A stretch of 64,000 nt of DNA. It comes from Lama guanicoe. Lineage: Eukaryota. Shown piece after piece: positions 36,790 to 50,651 of the stretch (within the stretch, counting starts at the first letter, position 1; each line of letters begins with the position of its first letter). The notes beneath the pieces were generated by a model that saw only the letters and a program-made list of their open reading frames with translations, was not told the origin of the DNA and did no database searches. The stretch is taken from the NCBI GenBank assembly GCA_013239625.1, contig MU053652.1:4949902-5013901 (forward strand). Direction: 5' to 3'. The position numbers and the translations under genes were made by a program.

Positions 36790-37399
36790 CTGTGTTGGGA
36801 GAAAAGAAATGGTGATGAGAAGGGGCCCACGAGGCCTGGTGTCCAGCAAGGATGACACTTCTAATGAGACAGGCATTAGGTCAGAATGCTGCCCCAAGAG
36901 ACAGGGCAGCGGTAGCGGTACAAGCAGAGGAGTTTCAGCTCGCCTGAGGTGAGAAACACTAACGTGACCAAAGCAGCAACTACCGAGCGGGGATGTCAGT
37001 CACAGCACCTGGGAATTGTTAACAGTTCGGGGAGTTCCAGACAGGTACGTGGGAAACGTGCGCACACATACACCCAAGATGGGCTGAATGCTCATCTTGC
37101 ACTCCTCGCTGCTGGCAGTCTTAGAGCCTTACCACTTTACCCATCACTTACGTCAATGGCCCTCTCACCAAAATTATACTGATATCCTCCGCCATTCCGC
37201 CTCCTAAGAGCCATTCCAGCTGACTCCCAGACATTTCCTCTTTACTATCTGACTTTCACATCCAATTCAAAAGTGTTAACTCAGTGTCATTTTCCTCTTT
37301 AAATAAGCTTCCCTCTCTGTCCTCTGGCTATGTGTGGGGCAGCAGTGCCATCAGTTTTTCATTCAGAAGGAGAGACAGAAAAAAACAGAATATTGATCA

Positions 37400-37625
37400 A
37401 GTATGAGACAGACCTGGCTTCACATCCTAACTATCATTTACTAGATTTGTGACCTTGGCCAAGTTACAGAACCATGCAAAGCCTCAGTCATCCTATTGGC
37501 AAAATCGGTTTAATATAACTACTTCACACGGCTGTTGGGTGAACTGTGGCAAATTATTATGTAAAATACTTAGAACCATGCCTGACACATGGAAAGGTTC
37601 AATCCATTTTAGCTCTCATTATTTT
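37400..37625 (+). mobile_element. MIR SINE
   Basis: gtgaccttggccaagttac...gcctcagt...gtaaaatacttagaaccatgcctgacacat. Confidence 0.8.
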
Positions 37626-40600
37626 ATCAATATTAACATTAACACTCTTAGAAATAACCCACACTCAAAACCTGTCATCTTTTACTCCTCAAACGAGCCT
37701 GGGAGATTCCTGAGGACACACTCTCACACTCCTATGTATCCAAGGACAGTATTTTACACAGTATAGATGCTTACTAACCAAAGTAGATGGCCTTTAAGGT
37801 CTTTTTTGATTCAATCATTCATTTTGCAAATATTTATCACTAACAGTGGTCATCTGTGACAGGACACGGAATATGTCACATTTTTATGTCTGAATTAGAC
37901 TTACAGGTATTTCAAAACAGTCACACTGCAGCTGTAATCATGAAGCAGAAACCTGAACTAGGCTACAGACCTAGAAGACGAAAATGATCAAAATACGGAG
38001 GAGCAAGCATTTAGTGCCCATGTCTCTCAGTCACGGCGGGTCTCTCCTGCTGCAATAAGGCATGACTAGAAGGTGACACTGTGCGTTTACAAAGAGCCTC
38101 AGATGAAGTTACAAAAGATGCGGCAGGCGGGGCAGCAGGGCGTCTAGGCTACTGCAAATACCTGCTGGGAGTCTCTGGGAGAAGAGGGGCCACCACTGCT
38201 GGGACAGAAGGTACATCCCTTATGGAGGAAGCCAGGTGGCTGCTCATGTTTCTGGCCACAGCACTGATTCAAGGTCATAAAGCTCAGAGGAGAGGTAATA
38301 GTTTATACTCTGGGTTTTCAGAAGCTCAAGAACAGAGCTTTTTCCCCAAGCCTCCAGGCCTCAAAAAAGGAATACACGACATCAAACAGAACGTTAGACT
38401 GGGAGCAGAGCATCAGGAGAGAAACGGCAAGAGGAAAGCAGCCTGAGCTGGTGGCCAGGACCATTCTCCCACCCACAACTCCCCATTCCACAGAGAAGGC
38501 CCCACCCACGTGTCACACAGGTAAGATCACCAGGGCTGCCTCACTCCATCCCAGCACCTCAGTGGCAGGCTGTGAGGGAAAAGTGGAACTTATTTTTGAA
38601 AAAGACATCAATAAACTCATAGAGCCAAAAAGCCTGAGGTTAACCTTGAAGGGAGTGATAGGGGCTAGAGTGAAAGATAGCCCGTGATTTTTACAATGAT
38701 AATAGCCAAAAACACTCTTCATTTTATATCTGCAAACTGAGCAGGAATAGAATTGTCAGAAAAAGAAGCCATTGTATTGAACTTTCTGGCCACATAACCA
38801 TAGATAAAGCACAGTTGCAGAAACACGAATAATGCTAAAACAAGTCACTCTTAGCAGCCATGTGGATAGGACAGAAGTGGGGTGCGGTTGGTGCTGCTGC
38901 TGTGAACTAGGGACCAGAACTGGGAGGAGCCTAGGGCCACTCACTGGGACTGGGGGAAAGAGTTTCCACTAAGAGGACAGTCTTCCAAGTTGAGCAGATG
39001 TCCCTACTCTATTCCTGCCACTTCCTTGGTATTCTGAAATCCCCAGCAGCCTTCTGTGAATCCTAGGAGACCACCAAGTGATCACACTGAGAAGCATGAT
39101 GGCCCAGTGAGCCCAGGGAGTTCAACAAGTCAAGCTGAAATGGATTCAGATTCTTTTCCAGGAGCAAGTCCGTTGTGGATGCGCTCCATGTGGATGCAAA
39201 GGAAAGGAGAGCCTTTGTCCCCTGCTCCTCTACTTGCCAGGAGCTGGGCTCCAGTTCTCCAAGAGGAGGGAGCTGAAGGAGGAGTTTTCCTGCCCTTTAA
39301 ATGAAAAAAGTAAACACATCCAAGCCTATCAAGTCCTGTCAGGCAGGCAGGTAAGAGAAAGGAAAGTGAACAGAAAAGTTGCTTGAGAACAGGAGTATTT
39401 TCTCTGCTTTTATCATTCACTTCCTTTTCTACAGCACTGACTCTTACAACTCTTTGACCTGTCTCCTCTAAAGTAACCCTTTCCCTGTCAAAACCTGTCT
39501 CAATGTCACAACTCAGCTCAGGGGCAAGTATGGCTTGGCTGACACCACTTACTAGGGTAGAGAGGGGTTATATCTTAAAAACAGAGCCAGTAGGAGCAGG
39601 TGACAGGTAAGCCCAGGTGTAAGTGCTAGGAGAACCAAGAGGGGAAAGGTGAATATTCACTCAGTATCCCTGACTATGAATCGACATAAGGCCCCAAATC
39701 ACAAAGCCACTAAGGGGACAATCTCAACTGCAGTGCCAGATGCTGAAGTCACTGAGAAAACATCCTGTTCTGGAGCTGAACAACACTGGACCCAGAGTGG
39801 GTCAGAATCACACTGGAGACTAGGTAGGAGGTGCAGGGCTCTGGGGTAACTTGATTACTTGGTGGGTAGGTGAGCAGAGTCAGGGACTACAGGCTGGGGT
39901 TTGCACGTAAAGCGGAGGGACCGCTGGCACTGGGCTTGTCACGCAGAAGAGTCCCTGGCACTGGCGGACTGGAGCAGCAGGGGAAATCCTCAATACGAGA
40001 GGGCCCTGGGCAAAATACCACGACAGGGACTCAGAAACAGGGTGGACGGGCAAGGCAGAATCTATTATCAGAACAGTGCTCCAAGTTGGGGCCAGGAGAG
40101 CAGGAAGGGTTTTTATAATATAGAATATCTGAGTGTTAGAAACTTGATGAGCCAAGCTACTTATACAGATGGATTGTGTAGATGAGTGTTTTTCAAACTT
40201 TTAATGTTTATTATGACCCACACACACACTTACATATGGGTATATACACTTAACATGGAATAAAGTTTGCACAGAACAGTGGTGAATCGTGACTACATGT
40301 GATACTCCCTGTCTCCCTTCTGCCCTATTTCATTAACGAAAAAAAATCTATGGTAACGACAATGAATTAACTGAAGACCTCTGGTGGGGCAAAGCCCACT
40401 GCTTGGAGAACACTGGTGCAGACTGAAGTGTAAAGACAGAGGCTTGGGGCGATGGGTGAGGGGAGGGCCCCTGATGGCCCTCTTGGAGAGTTCAATGTTT
40501 TCAGACTGAAATAGGTGAAGGACGAGCCATTAGCAAGGAGAGTCCCATTGCGTCCTCTTTTCCTAAGAGCCTGGTTAGTAAGGAAACCCAGTTCGCGGTG

Positions 40601-42999
40601 CCCCCTGACTCCCATGACCGCTGCTGGCACTGGGCTGGTGTCCCAGGGGCGGGGGGGGGGGCACTTTGTGACCAACAATGATGGATTTACAAAAGAAAAA
40701 GTTGAAGAAAATGGATCAAGGGGAAGAAAACTGGGTTCTCTGAAAGTAAACTGGGGGCTGCAGTTGCCAGGCTAGGCAGGCCCACAGGCAGCAAAGAAGA
40801 ATCCCAGGAAGGTGAACATGATGTGAGCTGCCACTGGGCTTCCAGAAGCCCTCCGCAGCCAGGCGGGGAAGACTCCACCATTCTGGATTGTGCATATTAC
40901 CACTAATCGCTGCCTTCTGATAATACACAGGCGCGCGCTGCCTGCTGATAAGGACAGGTTAGGCGCGCTGTGCTTCCAACATACAGGTGCAGGTCAACTG
41001 CCAGGCTTACCTGACACTGACAAGCCATTCACAGATGAAAAGAATTTTAGAAAACAAAACAACAACGAAAACGCCCAAACCCATATCCTTGAACATTTCC
41101 TTCCCTATTATTTGGGGGAGGGAGAGGAGAGTGCCAGAATGGAGAGGCCCCACAGGGGCCTCTCAGCTGACTTGGCCATGGGCAGACACAGAAAAGGCAG
41201 GCAAGACACACCCCCACCCCATCTGCTCCATAGGCCCTGGGACCTCTTACAAGCCCAACAAGACCGACCTGGCTACGTAAAACCCATTGTTTTTCACATC
41301 TTTTCTATGCTTCCTGGGATATGATGGTTGGTCAAGACTATTAGACACAAAAAAGATAATTTTCCTGGTTTCGTATGGTTTAGAAAGAGAAAATCCGTCA
41401 CTACTTACAACCATTTCTGGTTTCTACTCAGCCACTGACAAAGCATAAAACCCTTCCAGGCCCCGAGGTCTGTCTGTCTATAAAATGAGGGAGCTCCCCA
41501 GCCTCTCCTGGCCATAAAAACCCTTCAATCTGGGTTATGCCCCTTTGAGATTCCCCATCCAAGGCTTGACTCCTGGAGTGCAGGCTTCCTCCTTTCAAAT
41601 GTAAAATGCTGGGCTATCAGAGAATTCTGTTACAAAGAAATTACACATTTAGAGACACTGACTAACTAGGTCAATTAACGGCAACGATTTGGTCAGTCAG
41701 CTCTGGAACAAGAAGTACAAATTCTTCTCAATGATACGATAATGTCTGTATAAGAGATTCTATTGATGGCTATGTAACAGAGTCATGTATCTCTGAATAT
41801 TTTACGCTGTATGCTGACTTTTATGATAATTAAGCCTCTGGGCTTGGACCGCGACTGCTTTCTCCTTTCCTGGGAGTGAAAGGAGAGTGTGGCAAACCTG
41901 TCTTGGCCAGAAGTGACAGCTTCCCAATGGCACTGAGTCCAGCAAACAAGAGACCAGGCATTAGCTGCAGGAAACACAACTCTAGTAGAGACAGTTAACC
42001 ACTTGGAAGGATTAGCTGATGGTGCTCATTGCTTGTCCACTGTGTGCTTGTTACTGCATCAGACATTCATGAGGGGCAGCAGAGCAGGCATGCAGACCTC
42101 ACCTTTGCCTTCCGGTACTCAGGATACTTGAAAATACCACAGTTCCCTTGGTAGACCTTCCTTCCCTCCCTCCATTTCACAAATACGTCTCAGTGCCTAG
42201 TCCGGGCTAGACACAGTGTTGGAAGGTGAAAACTCAATCATGAAAAAGACAGACTGCTAATGATTAGCATGACAACATTAGTTTCCTCTGCCATTGTGTA
42301 AAGCATGCTACGGGGAGTGAATTTACCATTCAGCCTGTAGGGTGCAGGATGCTAAGAAGTAACATGTGAGAACTGGGTTCTGTCAGGAGGATGCATCAGT
42401 GTCTAGGAGACGGTTGGTAGGATGCACGGGACAAGTCAATCACGGGGCTCACCACTGCCACGTCCCTTGCTAAGGGTCAGCCTCAGGCAGCTATGTTTTC
42501 CAGCACGTGACCCTGCCTTCTGTCCTCTCCTCTCACCACAAGTTGGAGATGGAGGTCAGAGCAGACGGTGAGAAATCAGGGAGGGAGGGAAGGCGGGTGG
42601 AGCTACTGCTGCACTGGATTCAAGGGCGGCCATTTATAGTCAGGCTGGCAGTGGGAGAAAAGCTCTATCTAAAGAGATATGAATCGTAACAGGTGAGAAA
42701 GATTCCTTCTGGGCTCTGGACTGGGCAGTGTGCACATTAGCCCATCCGGAGCAGGGGGAGGGAGGGGAGTACGCTGCGTCATCATTGGAGAGCTAACACT
42801 GGAGATCTCCCAGGATGTCCTCAGAACCAACTCCAACCCACTATCACCCTCCGGGTTCCAGGACCTGTGGGATCTGACCTCGCCTTGGATCCTGTTTAAG
42901 AGTTTCAAGGATGTTCCCATAAATCTGTTCTCTCCCCTCACTGCCACCACAAGCGAGCCTATGTGAGAATTCAGTATTTCCAACCCAAATAAAACTAAA

Positions 43000-43112
43000 A
43001 ATTGTTTCTTAGGGTGAGTACTGTGTCTTCCTCAGATTTTATTTTTAGCATCCAAACACTGCTTAGCACACCGTGGCATTGTAGAGCCTCAGCAAATATG
43101 TTGGATGAACAT
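43000..43112 (+). mobile_element. L2 3' terminus
   Basis: gcttagcaca...ctcagcaaatatgttggatgaa. Confidence 0.55.
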
Positions 43113-43137
43113 TTGTGAGAAGTACTTCTGGAAAGGT

Positions 43138-43272
43138 GGGGTAGGGTGTAGCTCAGTGGTCGAGTGTGTGCTCAGCATGTACGAGGTCGTAGGTTCAATT
43201 TCTAGTACCTCCATTAAAAGATAACAAAATATAAAAATAAATATGTATTCCACCCCCCCAAAGGCATTAAAA
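43138..43272 (+). mobile_element. tRNA-derived SINE, camelid Vic-1-like
   Basis: A box TAGCTCAGTGG, B box GGTTCAATT, A-rich tail; degenerate TSD aagtacttctggaa / aaatacttccggaa. Confidence 0.85.
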
Positions 43273-43609
43273 AATACTTCCGGAAGGAAGTATATACACA
43301 GACAGAAATGGCTTATGAATGGCCAGGGCTGTAGACCTTATGCAAATACCAAGAGAGGGGCTGACAGAATCCCTCACTACAGGCATCCCACATCCCCATG
43401 GTGACATTGTACTTCAATGATGAAAAAGCAAGCACAGCTACACCCCTTGGCCCACCGGTCTTTGCACACGTGGGCAATGCAGTTTATACACAGAGAACAA
43501 GTGGGCAGCACCGACCAGCAATGTCAGTGAGACCTGAGGCTGGAGCACTGCAATCATGTTGTTTCCAATATGGCAAACGGGGAAATAATTCCCACTCGTG
43601 ACCCCATGC

Positions 43610-43960
43610 TCAGCTCCAGGAAGCCATGCGGCCATATGGAAGTGCAGAAAGCCGCAGCTCACTTAGAGAGAGTGGCAGAAAATGACTCAGGGGCGGGGAG
43701 GCCTGCCTTGAAAGGAAAGATAAAAGGTGCTAAATCTGTACAGCTCGGCTAAGTGGTGACTAAGAGGGTGACATGATAACAATCTGCAAATATTTGAAAG
43801 GTGTAAACACAAAAAGGAGGGAAAACACTTAGTCTGAAAATAGGGGGTGTAATTATTAGGGGAAAGAAAATCTGGATGAAGTATCGGAAAAACTTAGTGT
43901 GGAGATGACTATGGGGTTATAAATAAGTTTCCCAATGGCAATGAAAAGGCAGTTATTCGA
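43610..43960 (+). mobile_element. L3/CR1 LINE relic (ORF2 C-terminus)
   Basis: 43767-43802 reads GDMITICKYLKG, a CR1 ORF2 C-terminal motif. Confidence 0.75.
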
Positions 43961-44713
43961 TCCTAAAGCTGGAAGGTGGCCACGAAGCCCACCCCTCTGC
44001 TTCCATGAAAGGAGCCCAGACCAGGGAACTGTGATTTTTTTTTCCCTATATTTAGGGAAAGACTTCTTAAATAATATTCAACTCAAAATCCCTCTGCTTT
44101 AAATACCGCTCCCTGAAAGTTTAACACAATTTTTCATCAAACCACAGAGAAGACAAAATGGCAGTTCTGGTGGGGCTTTCAGAACAAAAACAGGCTTTAT
44201 CTGCCAGCATGTGGCACGTGCCTGGCTAGCAGGCACAGTGGAGCTAAGCAGGGCCAGGGGACAGAGAGCTGGGAAAGGGACAGTGTAAGTTTCCAACATA
44301 AGAAACCAGGGCCACCTCTCCCTTCTTTCCATTTATACAGTTCCCTGGAGTAAACGTCAAGGACAAGGCAAGGGACAGAAGGAACTCCAAAATAAGCTTC
44401 CTGTCACACTGACTGCTCTCCAATACCTTTGCTTGAGTTCCTGCTGCTGCAGCTGGCCAATTTATAATTCACAGACTCCCAGCAGACATTTTTACCCCCA
44501 GATTCAATTAGTTCCATTTCTATACTTTCCCCTGCCATCCTTCTCCCCAACGAGAAACAAAACAAAATCTTAAAAACCCCACTTCACAAAGACAGCAAGA
44601 CATTTAACTCTGCATATAGCCCAAGAAAAGTTAACACTCTCTCACTACTCTACTCTTGCCCTAAGCAGCAAGAACACCACCCAGGACTCAAGCTTTGGCA
44701 CAACACGCAGAGG

Positions 44714-44745
44714 CAGACAGGAACGTGGTCAGACAGGAACGTGGT
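44714..44745. repeat. Perfect 16-bp tandem duplication (CAGACAGGAACGTGGT)x2
   Basis: Direct reading. Confidence 0.95.
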
Positions 44746-47307
44746 TATCGCCTGGCTCTACATGCAAAGCCCAACCACTTCGCGCTGCTGGATCTCAGAA
44801 ATGTGACACACCTCGTGTACGAAAAGCTTGCTCCTGGTCCTCTCTCGTAAGCTTTAAAGCTGAATCACCTGGAGATCTTAAGCTGCAAATGTTGTCAATG
44901 AATCAGTTAACAACTAAGAACTGCAAACTGTCCCACTTAGGACCAGCTGGTCCTTCATTTTCATGTCCCCCAAATGGCCCAGAGAGCAAGGCAAATGGCA
45001 GACCAGTTGGTTCCTAAGAGTTATGAGTTCTATACAGTATAAGGCCTCAATTTGTATTAAAAGGGTCAGAAGTAAAACAAGGATTTTGTACTGCCTCAAA
45101 TTCTTTACTCTCTCCCTTGTTCTCTAAACTGTTATTTTGTTACCTCAGGGGAGGTAGCATCTTCTGGGCCAATTTTGGAACATGTCACTGCTAAGGCTCT
45201 TTCAGTGATGAGAATAAAGGGATAAAAGAAGGAAGGAAGGAATCGTAATTAAAGGGATCAAACTCTTCAGGTAACTGTAGTCAGGGAGTCGGAACTGGGC
45301 AAGAGCCGAGACCGAAGCTGTTTTTACTTCATAGTTCCAATTGTATAGGGGAGACTTTTATTAGGTTGCTCTGATTTGGTCATGTGTGCATCAAATACGG
45401 AAAGACCAGAGGCTGAAGTTAATTGGGAACAGGAGCAGTAAGATCCCAGTCCTCACAATGTGACGGGGACTGCGGCTCCCTTTGATGAAAGACAGCGTCT
45501 AGAGAAGGGAGGTCCGGTGCTTGGCTTCGAACACGACTTCAGTGTCTTGGGTACAAGCACAACAGGAGAGGGGTGACGTCTCAAGTCTCATCTCCAGTTG
45601 TTAGGGGGTCAATGGTGGACCCCCATGCAGTTATTTGAGGTAAGGGGTACGCTGGTTCTCTCATAGTATCTGGCCAACAGTAAGTAACCGCTAAACAAAC
45701 GCCAGAGAGGAGAAAACCTAGCAAAAACAGATGCAGCAAATGTAATAGCAACGTCCTCCTATTCCTGGTTCCTGAATGCATTCTAGTTAACACTTCATGC
45801 ACTCACAGAGAAATCGAGTTACTCTTCTTTCTGGGGCTTTAAGGCGAGTGAGTGTTAAACATTCAATCACTGACTGCCTTCCAAGGAGGAGACAAGGAAG
45901 GGATGGCTGAGAGACCTTATGTGGGATTTCTTGCTCTCAGTCTGGCCAGCCAGGCAGTGCGCAGAAGTGGCTTCACCAAACTTGATTTATTACTGGCTTT
46001 AGACACCAAAGAGTCATTTCCCAAAGGGCGAAAAGCTTTTTCAGGTGGAGCTGGTGCAGCAGAAAACAATCGGGCTAGCGTCAGAATAACCACATGATTC
46101 TCCACATTTCAGACCAAGATCTGAAAACAATGATTTTTAAAGGGAGGGAAAGACTCACCGACGAGGCTGTTCCCTTCCTGTGGCCTCCCCAGCACATGGC
46201 CGTCAAATTCATTGTGGGGTTTGCTACAAGCAGCAGATGCGACAATACCACCACCAACCAGGAGCAGAATGAAACAACTGCGCCCTCTAAAACTCTTTCC
46301 CACTGGGTTTCTCCTAATTACCCGCATCAAAACCATAATCTCATAACCCCATTGCACGGAAAGCAAAGCATCTGAGGTCAAGAGCTAAGGCCACAACGGT
46401 CTTTCCAATGACAAGAAAGCCACATGGCTCGAGCTTTTACGTAACACTGTGGTGCCATGGAGACGGCGCCTTACCAGCGCAAACCCATGTCTGAGCAGCG
46501 AGGGGGAGTTGGTTTCTATGAGAACCTCAACTTTTGCTTCTTCTGACTTATTTTAAATGTATAACTTTATCTTTGACTCCAACAGAACTTAGATTTGGAA
46601 GATAAATGTCACTTTTGGTACCAAAGAATTCCAAACTTGGCCTTTTAAACTCCATGTTCAAGGACACAGAGAAAATACGAGTCTACCGCCCAGGCTGGCA
46701 GAGAAGAGCTCCTGAGTAAGGAGAGAGCCATGGGAAACACGCACGTGGATCCTGCAGGTAGCAGCTTCCAGAAGGTATTCTGCCACACACCTGGCAGCCA
46801 AATGGAAAAGCTTCCCACTCACATAAATTTAGAGTGACTTTTTCTAAACCAAGCTGTGTTGTGATCTGAACAAAATGGTTCTGAGGTATGGGGCGTACAC
46901 TTCCAAACCACTGCCTTTCTTGAGCTTTCCACTCACAGAAAATTTCTCTGAGCTTCTCCTCTGGAGGCAAGTGAACTCCCAAGGCCCAGAGATTAGTATG
47001 CTCAGCTAGTGGAACTGAAGAAGAAAAAACCAGCTAGTGTTAGGAATACTAAGACCCCCGGAGCAAGGAGAATGAGTAAGAATCTGAGAGCTGAGCAGCT
47101 CTTAGGAAGAGCCCTCTACCTCACTAACTTTATGCTTAAAGGAATAAATGAAAACGAGCCAAAAAAGAGAGGACTTCTGAAAAGTCAAGGTTCCACAAGA
47201 GCACAGGCTGATCTTGGACATATAAATACATCCAATCCTGACGATGCAGCTTGACTCCTGGGCTGTGGGTGAGGACCAGCATCATTCTGTTTTGGTCAGC
47301 GTCATGT

Positions 47308-47506
47308 AAGGGGGTCAGGAGACAACTTCCTGTGGACATCCAGCCCGCCGCCTGTTTCCGTACAACCTGTGAGCTAAGAATGGCTTTTATGTTTTTGAAT
47401 GGCTGGAAAAGAAATATTTTGTGACATGTAAAAAACTATGAATTTCAAATTTCAGCGTCTATTTACTATCTGGCCCTTGATAGAAAAAGGTTGCCGACTC
47501 TTGCTC
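47308..47506. mobile_element. MER58B-like hAT-Charlie element
   Basis: gagctaagaatggcttttat...atttactatctggccctt...aaggttgccgactc. Confidence 0.75.
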
Positions 47507-47879
47507 TAAAGCACGTTGTACGTTGGTTAAAAAAAAATCCAGGCAAGGCAGAGGTCAACCTCCCCGCACTAGAACATGAGTACAGCTGACAGCACGAGAA
47601 TACCCTAAATGATAATAATAAAGGTACTAGAAAAGCGCTTGGTCATGCAACCGAGGAGGTAAAAAGAAAGCAAACCCATGTGGCTCGGGAAACGGAGGCA
47701 GCTGACGTCAAGCACAGGAGTGCCCCCCACGCTTGCTCTCCTGTACCCCATTTTAGGAATGTCTCCTCTCCTGGACTTGCAATCTCGTCCCTCTATTTCC
47801 ACAGACCCTATTCAAACCTTGAACTTACCAGAGCTGCCACTATTCCTTACCATAACTGCTTCTTTCCACTTCATGACAA

Positions 47880-48760
47880 TATACTTTCACTATCACACTT
47901 TTCGCTCCTACAGTTTTGTACTCAGACTCCTCTTTCTACTCTACTCAGAGGAGAAATCTCCTCACTGACAAATCTCACTCATCACCTCTCCTCAGTAGGA
48001 GTCCTGCTAGATCTCTGTATGCCATTGACACCGTGTACCAGCAGGTGGTGAAATCCTTCCCTCCCTTTGCTTCTCTCTGCTGGGCTGCTCCCTCTCTGGG
48101 CTGCTGCTGTTGGCTCCTGCTATTGCCCTCAGTTATGTCATGGGCCCCTTTCTTTTCACTCTGCACTGTCTCTTGGAAAGCCCATCCATTTTCACGTTCT
48201 CCATCACTGTGATCATGCAGAACCCACGGACGTATAACCTTGAACTGTCCTCTACACTCTAGATCCAATCTCCAAGTGTCTGACAGACATCTCCCCTTGA
48301 TTATCCTGCCCATACCTCAAACTCAAGTCTAAAACTAAACTCATCTTTCTCTTGCTAAATCTTCACTTCTCCCCCCAACCCCTATTCTGATTTCAGCACT
48401 AGCCACCCCCCAGTCTAAACATCTCACTTATCCTGGATTTGTCCCTAGTTTATCCTCATAACCTACTGATGGCTACATCTTACTGATTCCATTAATATCG
48501 GCTCCCTAGTTGTTTGTATAATCCATCAAATCCTTTCCATCTTCAGCATAACTCTGCTTATTGAGGCTCCTGTCACTTCTGGCCAAGAATCTTCTGATCT
48601 ACCTGCTTGCCCTCCATTTTCCCCTATAGTGATTCTTCCTGCTTGATTAATTTTCCTAAAGTACAATGTTCTGCTGAAAACCCTTCAGTGGCTTCCAATG
48701 GTTTACCACATAAAATCAGAACTCCACAACCTGACATTCCAGGTCTTCTAAAATTTGGTC
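47880..48760 (+). mobile_element. L2 LINE fragment
   Basis: C/T-rich; gacatctcccc...cctcaaactcaagtctaaaactaaactcatc; aaaacccttcagtggcttcc. Confidence 0.75.
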
Positions 48761-48794
48761 CAGTTCCTGGGGACCACATAAAACATCCATTACC

Positions 48795-48895
48795 CACTTG
48801 ACAGCCCTTCAAATATTTGAAGACAGTACAACATCTATTTCCTCTCATCCTCATGTCTTATTTTCTCCAGACTAAACAACCCCAGGTCCTCATAA
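48795..48895 (-). mobile_element. L3/CR1 relic
   Basis: Minus strand reads TVFKYLKGC (CR1 motif). Confidence 0.65.
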
Positions 48896-50651
48896 GACAT
48901 GTGTTTTGATTTCCTACCAGTCTACTGTTTTTCTTCTTTAAACCCAGATAATAGAAAGGGCATCTTCCAGTAGGAAATCCCTTTCTAGCTGATTTAATTA
49001 AATAGTCTGATGGGATGTGGGGCTCGCTTGATAGAGAGCAATCCTCACATGCTGTTGAGAGCCGCCTTCGGAGGTGAAGTTCGCTGCCTGGGTTGGATTA
49101 ACTGGGGCAGGGCACGGAGAGCGCGTGTACCAGCCCCTCTCCCTGTGACCGGCAGAATTAGACTTTTCCTCCAGGCAGGACGCTGCAGCAGGAGACAGCT
49201 CCATTAGTGCAGGAGGAATCCCCGGGATGCGGGAGGCCTGGGGGACTGTGGGGAGAGGCGGAGCCGTCCTGTGGAAGGCGGCTGCCTCCATGGCCCGGGC
49301 TCCGGCCCACTTCCATTCTGTCTCGCAGCAGCCCCAGGCACCATGGAGACCCCGGCGGGGTTGTGACCAGCAGTCTATTCATTTCCTGTTGTCACTCACC
49401 GGGCTCTCGGGGATAAAAAGGAACAGCAAATCCAAACCACTGCCTAGAATCCACTTTGCAGAATTCAGGCAAAGATTGTTCTATTGAAGTGAATATTTTC
49501 CCTGTTTGGAGACCTGAGGGGAAGAAAAGGACTGCTGCATCCTTTGCCTTCCACTGATGCAGCACTGTGCAAACCATCCCAGTCATCACTGCGGCCAGTG
49601 GGACAGTGAAAGCACAGCTGACACTTAACTGAGGCTTTTTAGCTCCTGTCACAGTGTGGCAACAGGGCACCAAAGCACCAGGATTTGAACTGTGATGCTG
49701 GAGACAAAGCTTCTGTTGAAAAGCAGGAGAGAAGGGAGGACAGCGAGGGAGAAAATCAGGGACCTGACAGACAAGCGGCCTGATTCTCTGCAGCCGAATG
49801 GGAGGTACTAACCTGTCTCATCAGGCTGAGCCTGTCTTCAAGGGAGGGGGAAGCTGCTGCAGTGGGCTTATTACTCACAGCTGAAGGGCAGCACGAGGCG
49901 CAAGCCCTCCCGGACAAGAAGCCTGCCCCAAATCATGATTTCTAATAAGGGCGCGACTGGTGAGGATGGGGCCAGGGTGTGTTTAGGGAGTAGGGGATGA
50001 CCCATTTCCACACACGGCTTGCAGCCAAGCACGCTGCCCAGTGATGATTCCGGGTGTTGTGACAACCAAGGGGCATGTGTGTGTATGCGTGTGTGCGTGC
50101 TCACACTTGTATGTGCTCACTCATTTGAGGAAAGAGGGTGGGAAGAGGGGAGGAAAGGGGGAGAACAGAGGAAGGAGGCGCCGAGGAAACCGCAGTGGTC
50201 GTAACGACCCAGACCAGAGCCTGACAGCTGGAGGGAGAGGGTCACCAGGGCTGCACCCACCTACCGATGGGCACAAACACACTCGGTGTGAGGTCCTGAA
50301 GTGGCAGAGGCCACAGACAGGAACACATGGACTCCTCGGTAGAGCACACCTGAGAATCAAGGTTCGTTCCAGGGAAAAGGAGAGCAGTCACCCCTTCTTC
50401 CGCCTCACGCCCTTCGCATCTCTTCCCAAGCCCTAGGCTGCGGGCAGGTTCCCTTTCATCATTCTGAGAACTTCAGAAGATGCTTCGTTTGTGCCTTTTC
50501 TTCTGTTCCATGTTTACACTCCACCATATCCCAGCCCCACTCCCCATCAGGCCAGCCCTGTCCAGTACCACAATCAGAAAGACACGCCAGCAGCGGAAGC
50601 CTTCAAGACCATGGACAGCGGCTCCTCAGGGGTGTAAGTGGCGGGGAGCAA

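Noticed and set aside
36676-36897. 73-aa minus-strand ORF over the SND1 exon
   Set aside because: Wrong frame; the real unit is the AG/GT-bounded 110-bp exon
43138-43215. tRNA gene (also 57781-57855)
   Set aside because: tRNA-like head only; degenerate stems, A-rich tail and TSDs indicate a SINE
48038-48051. CTCF-like CCAGCAGGTGGTG
   Set aside because: Inside an L2 relic with a core mismatch; no independent support
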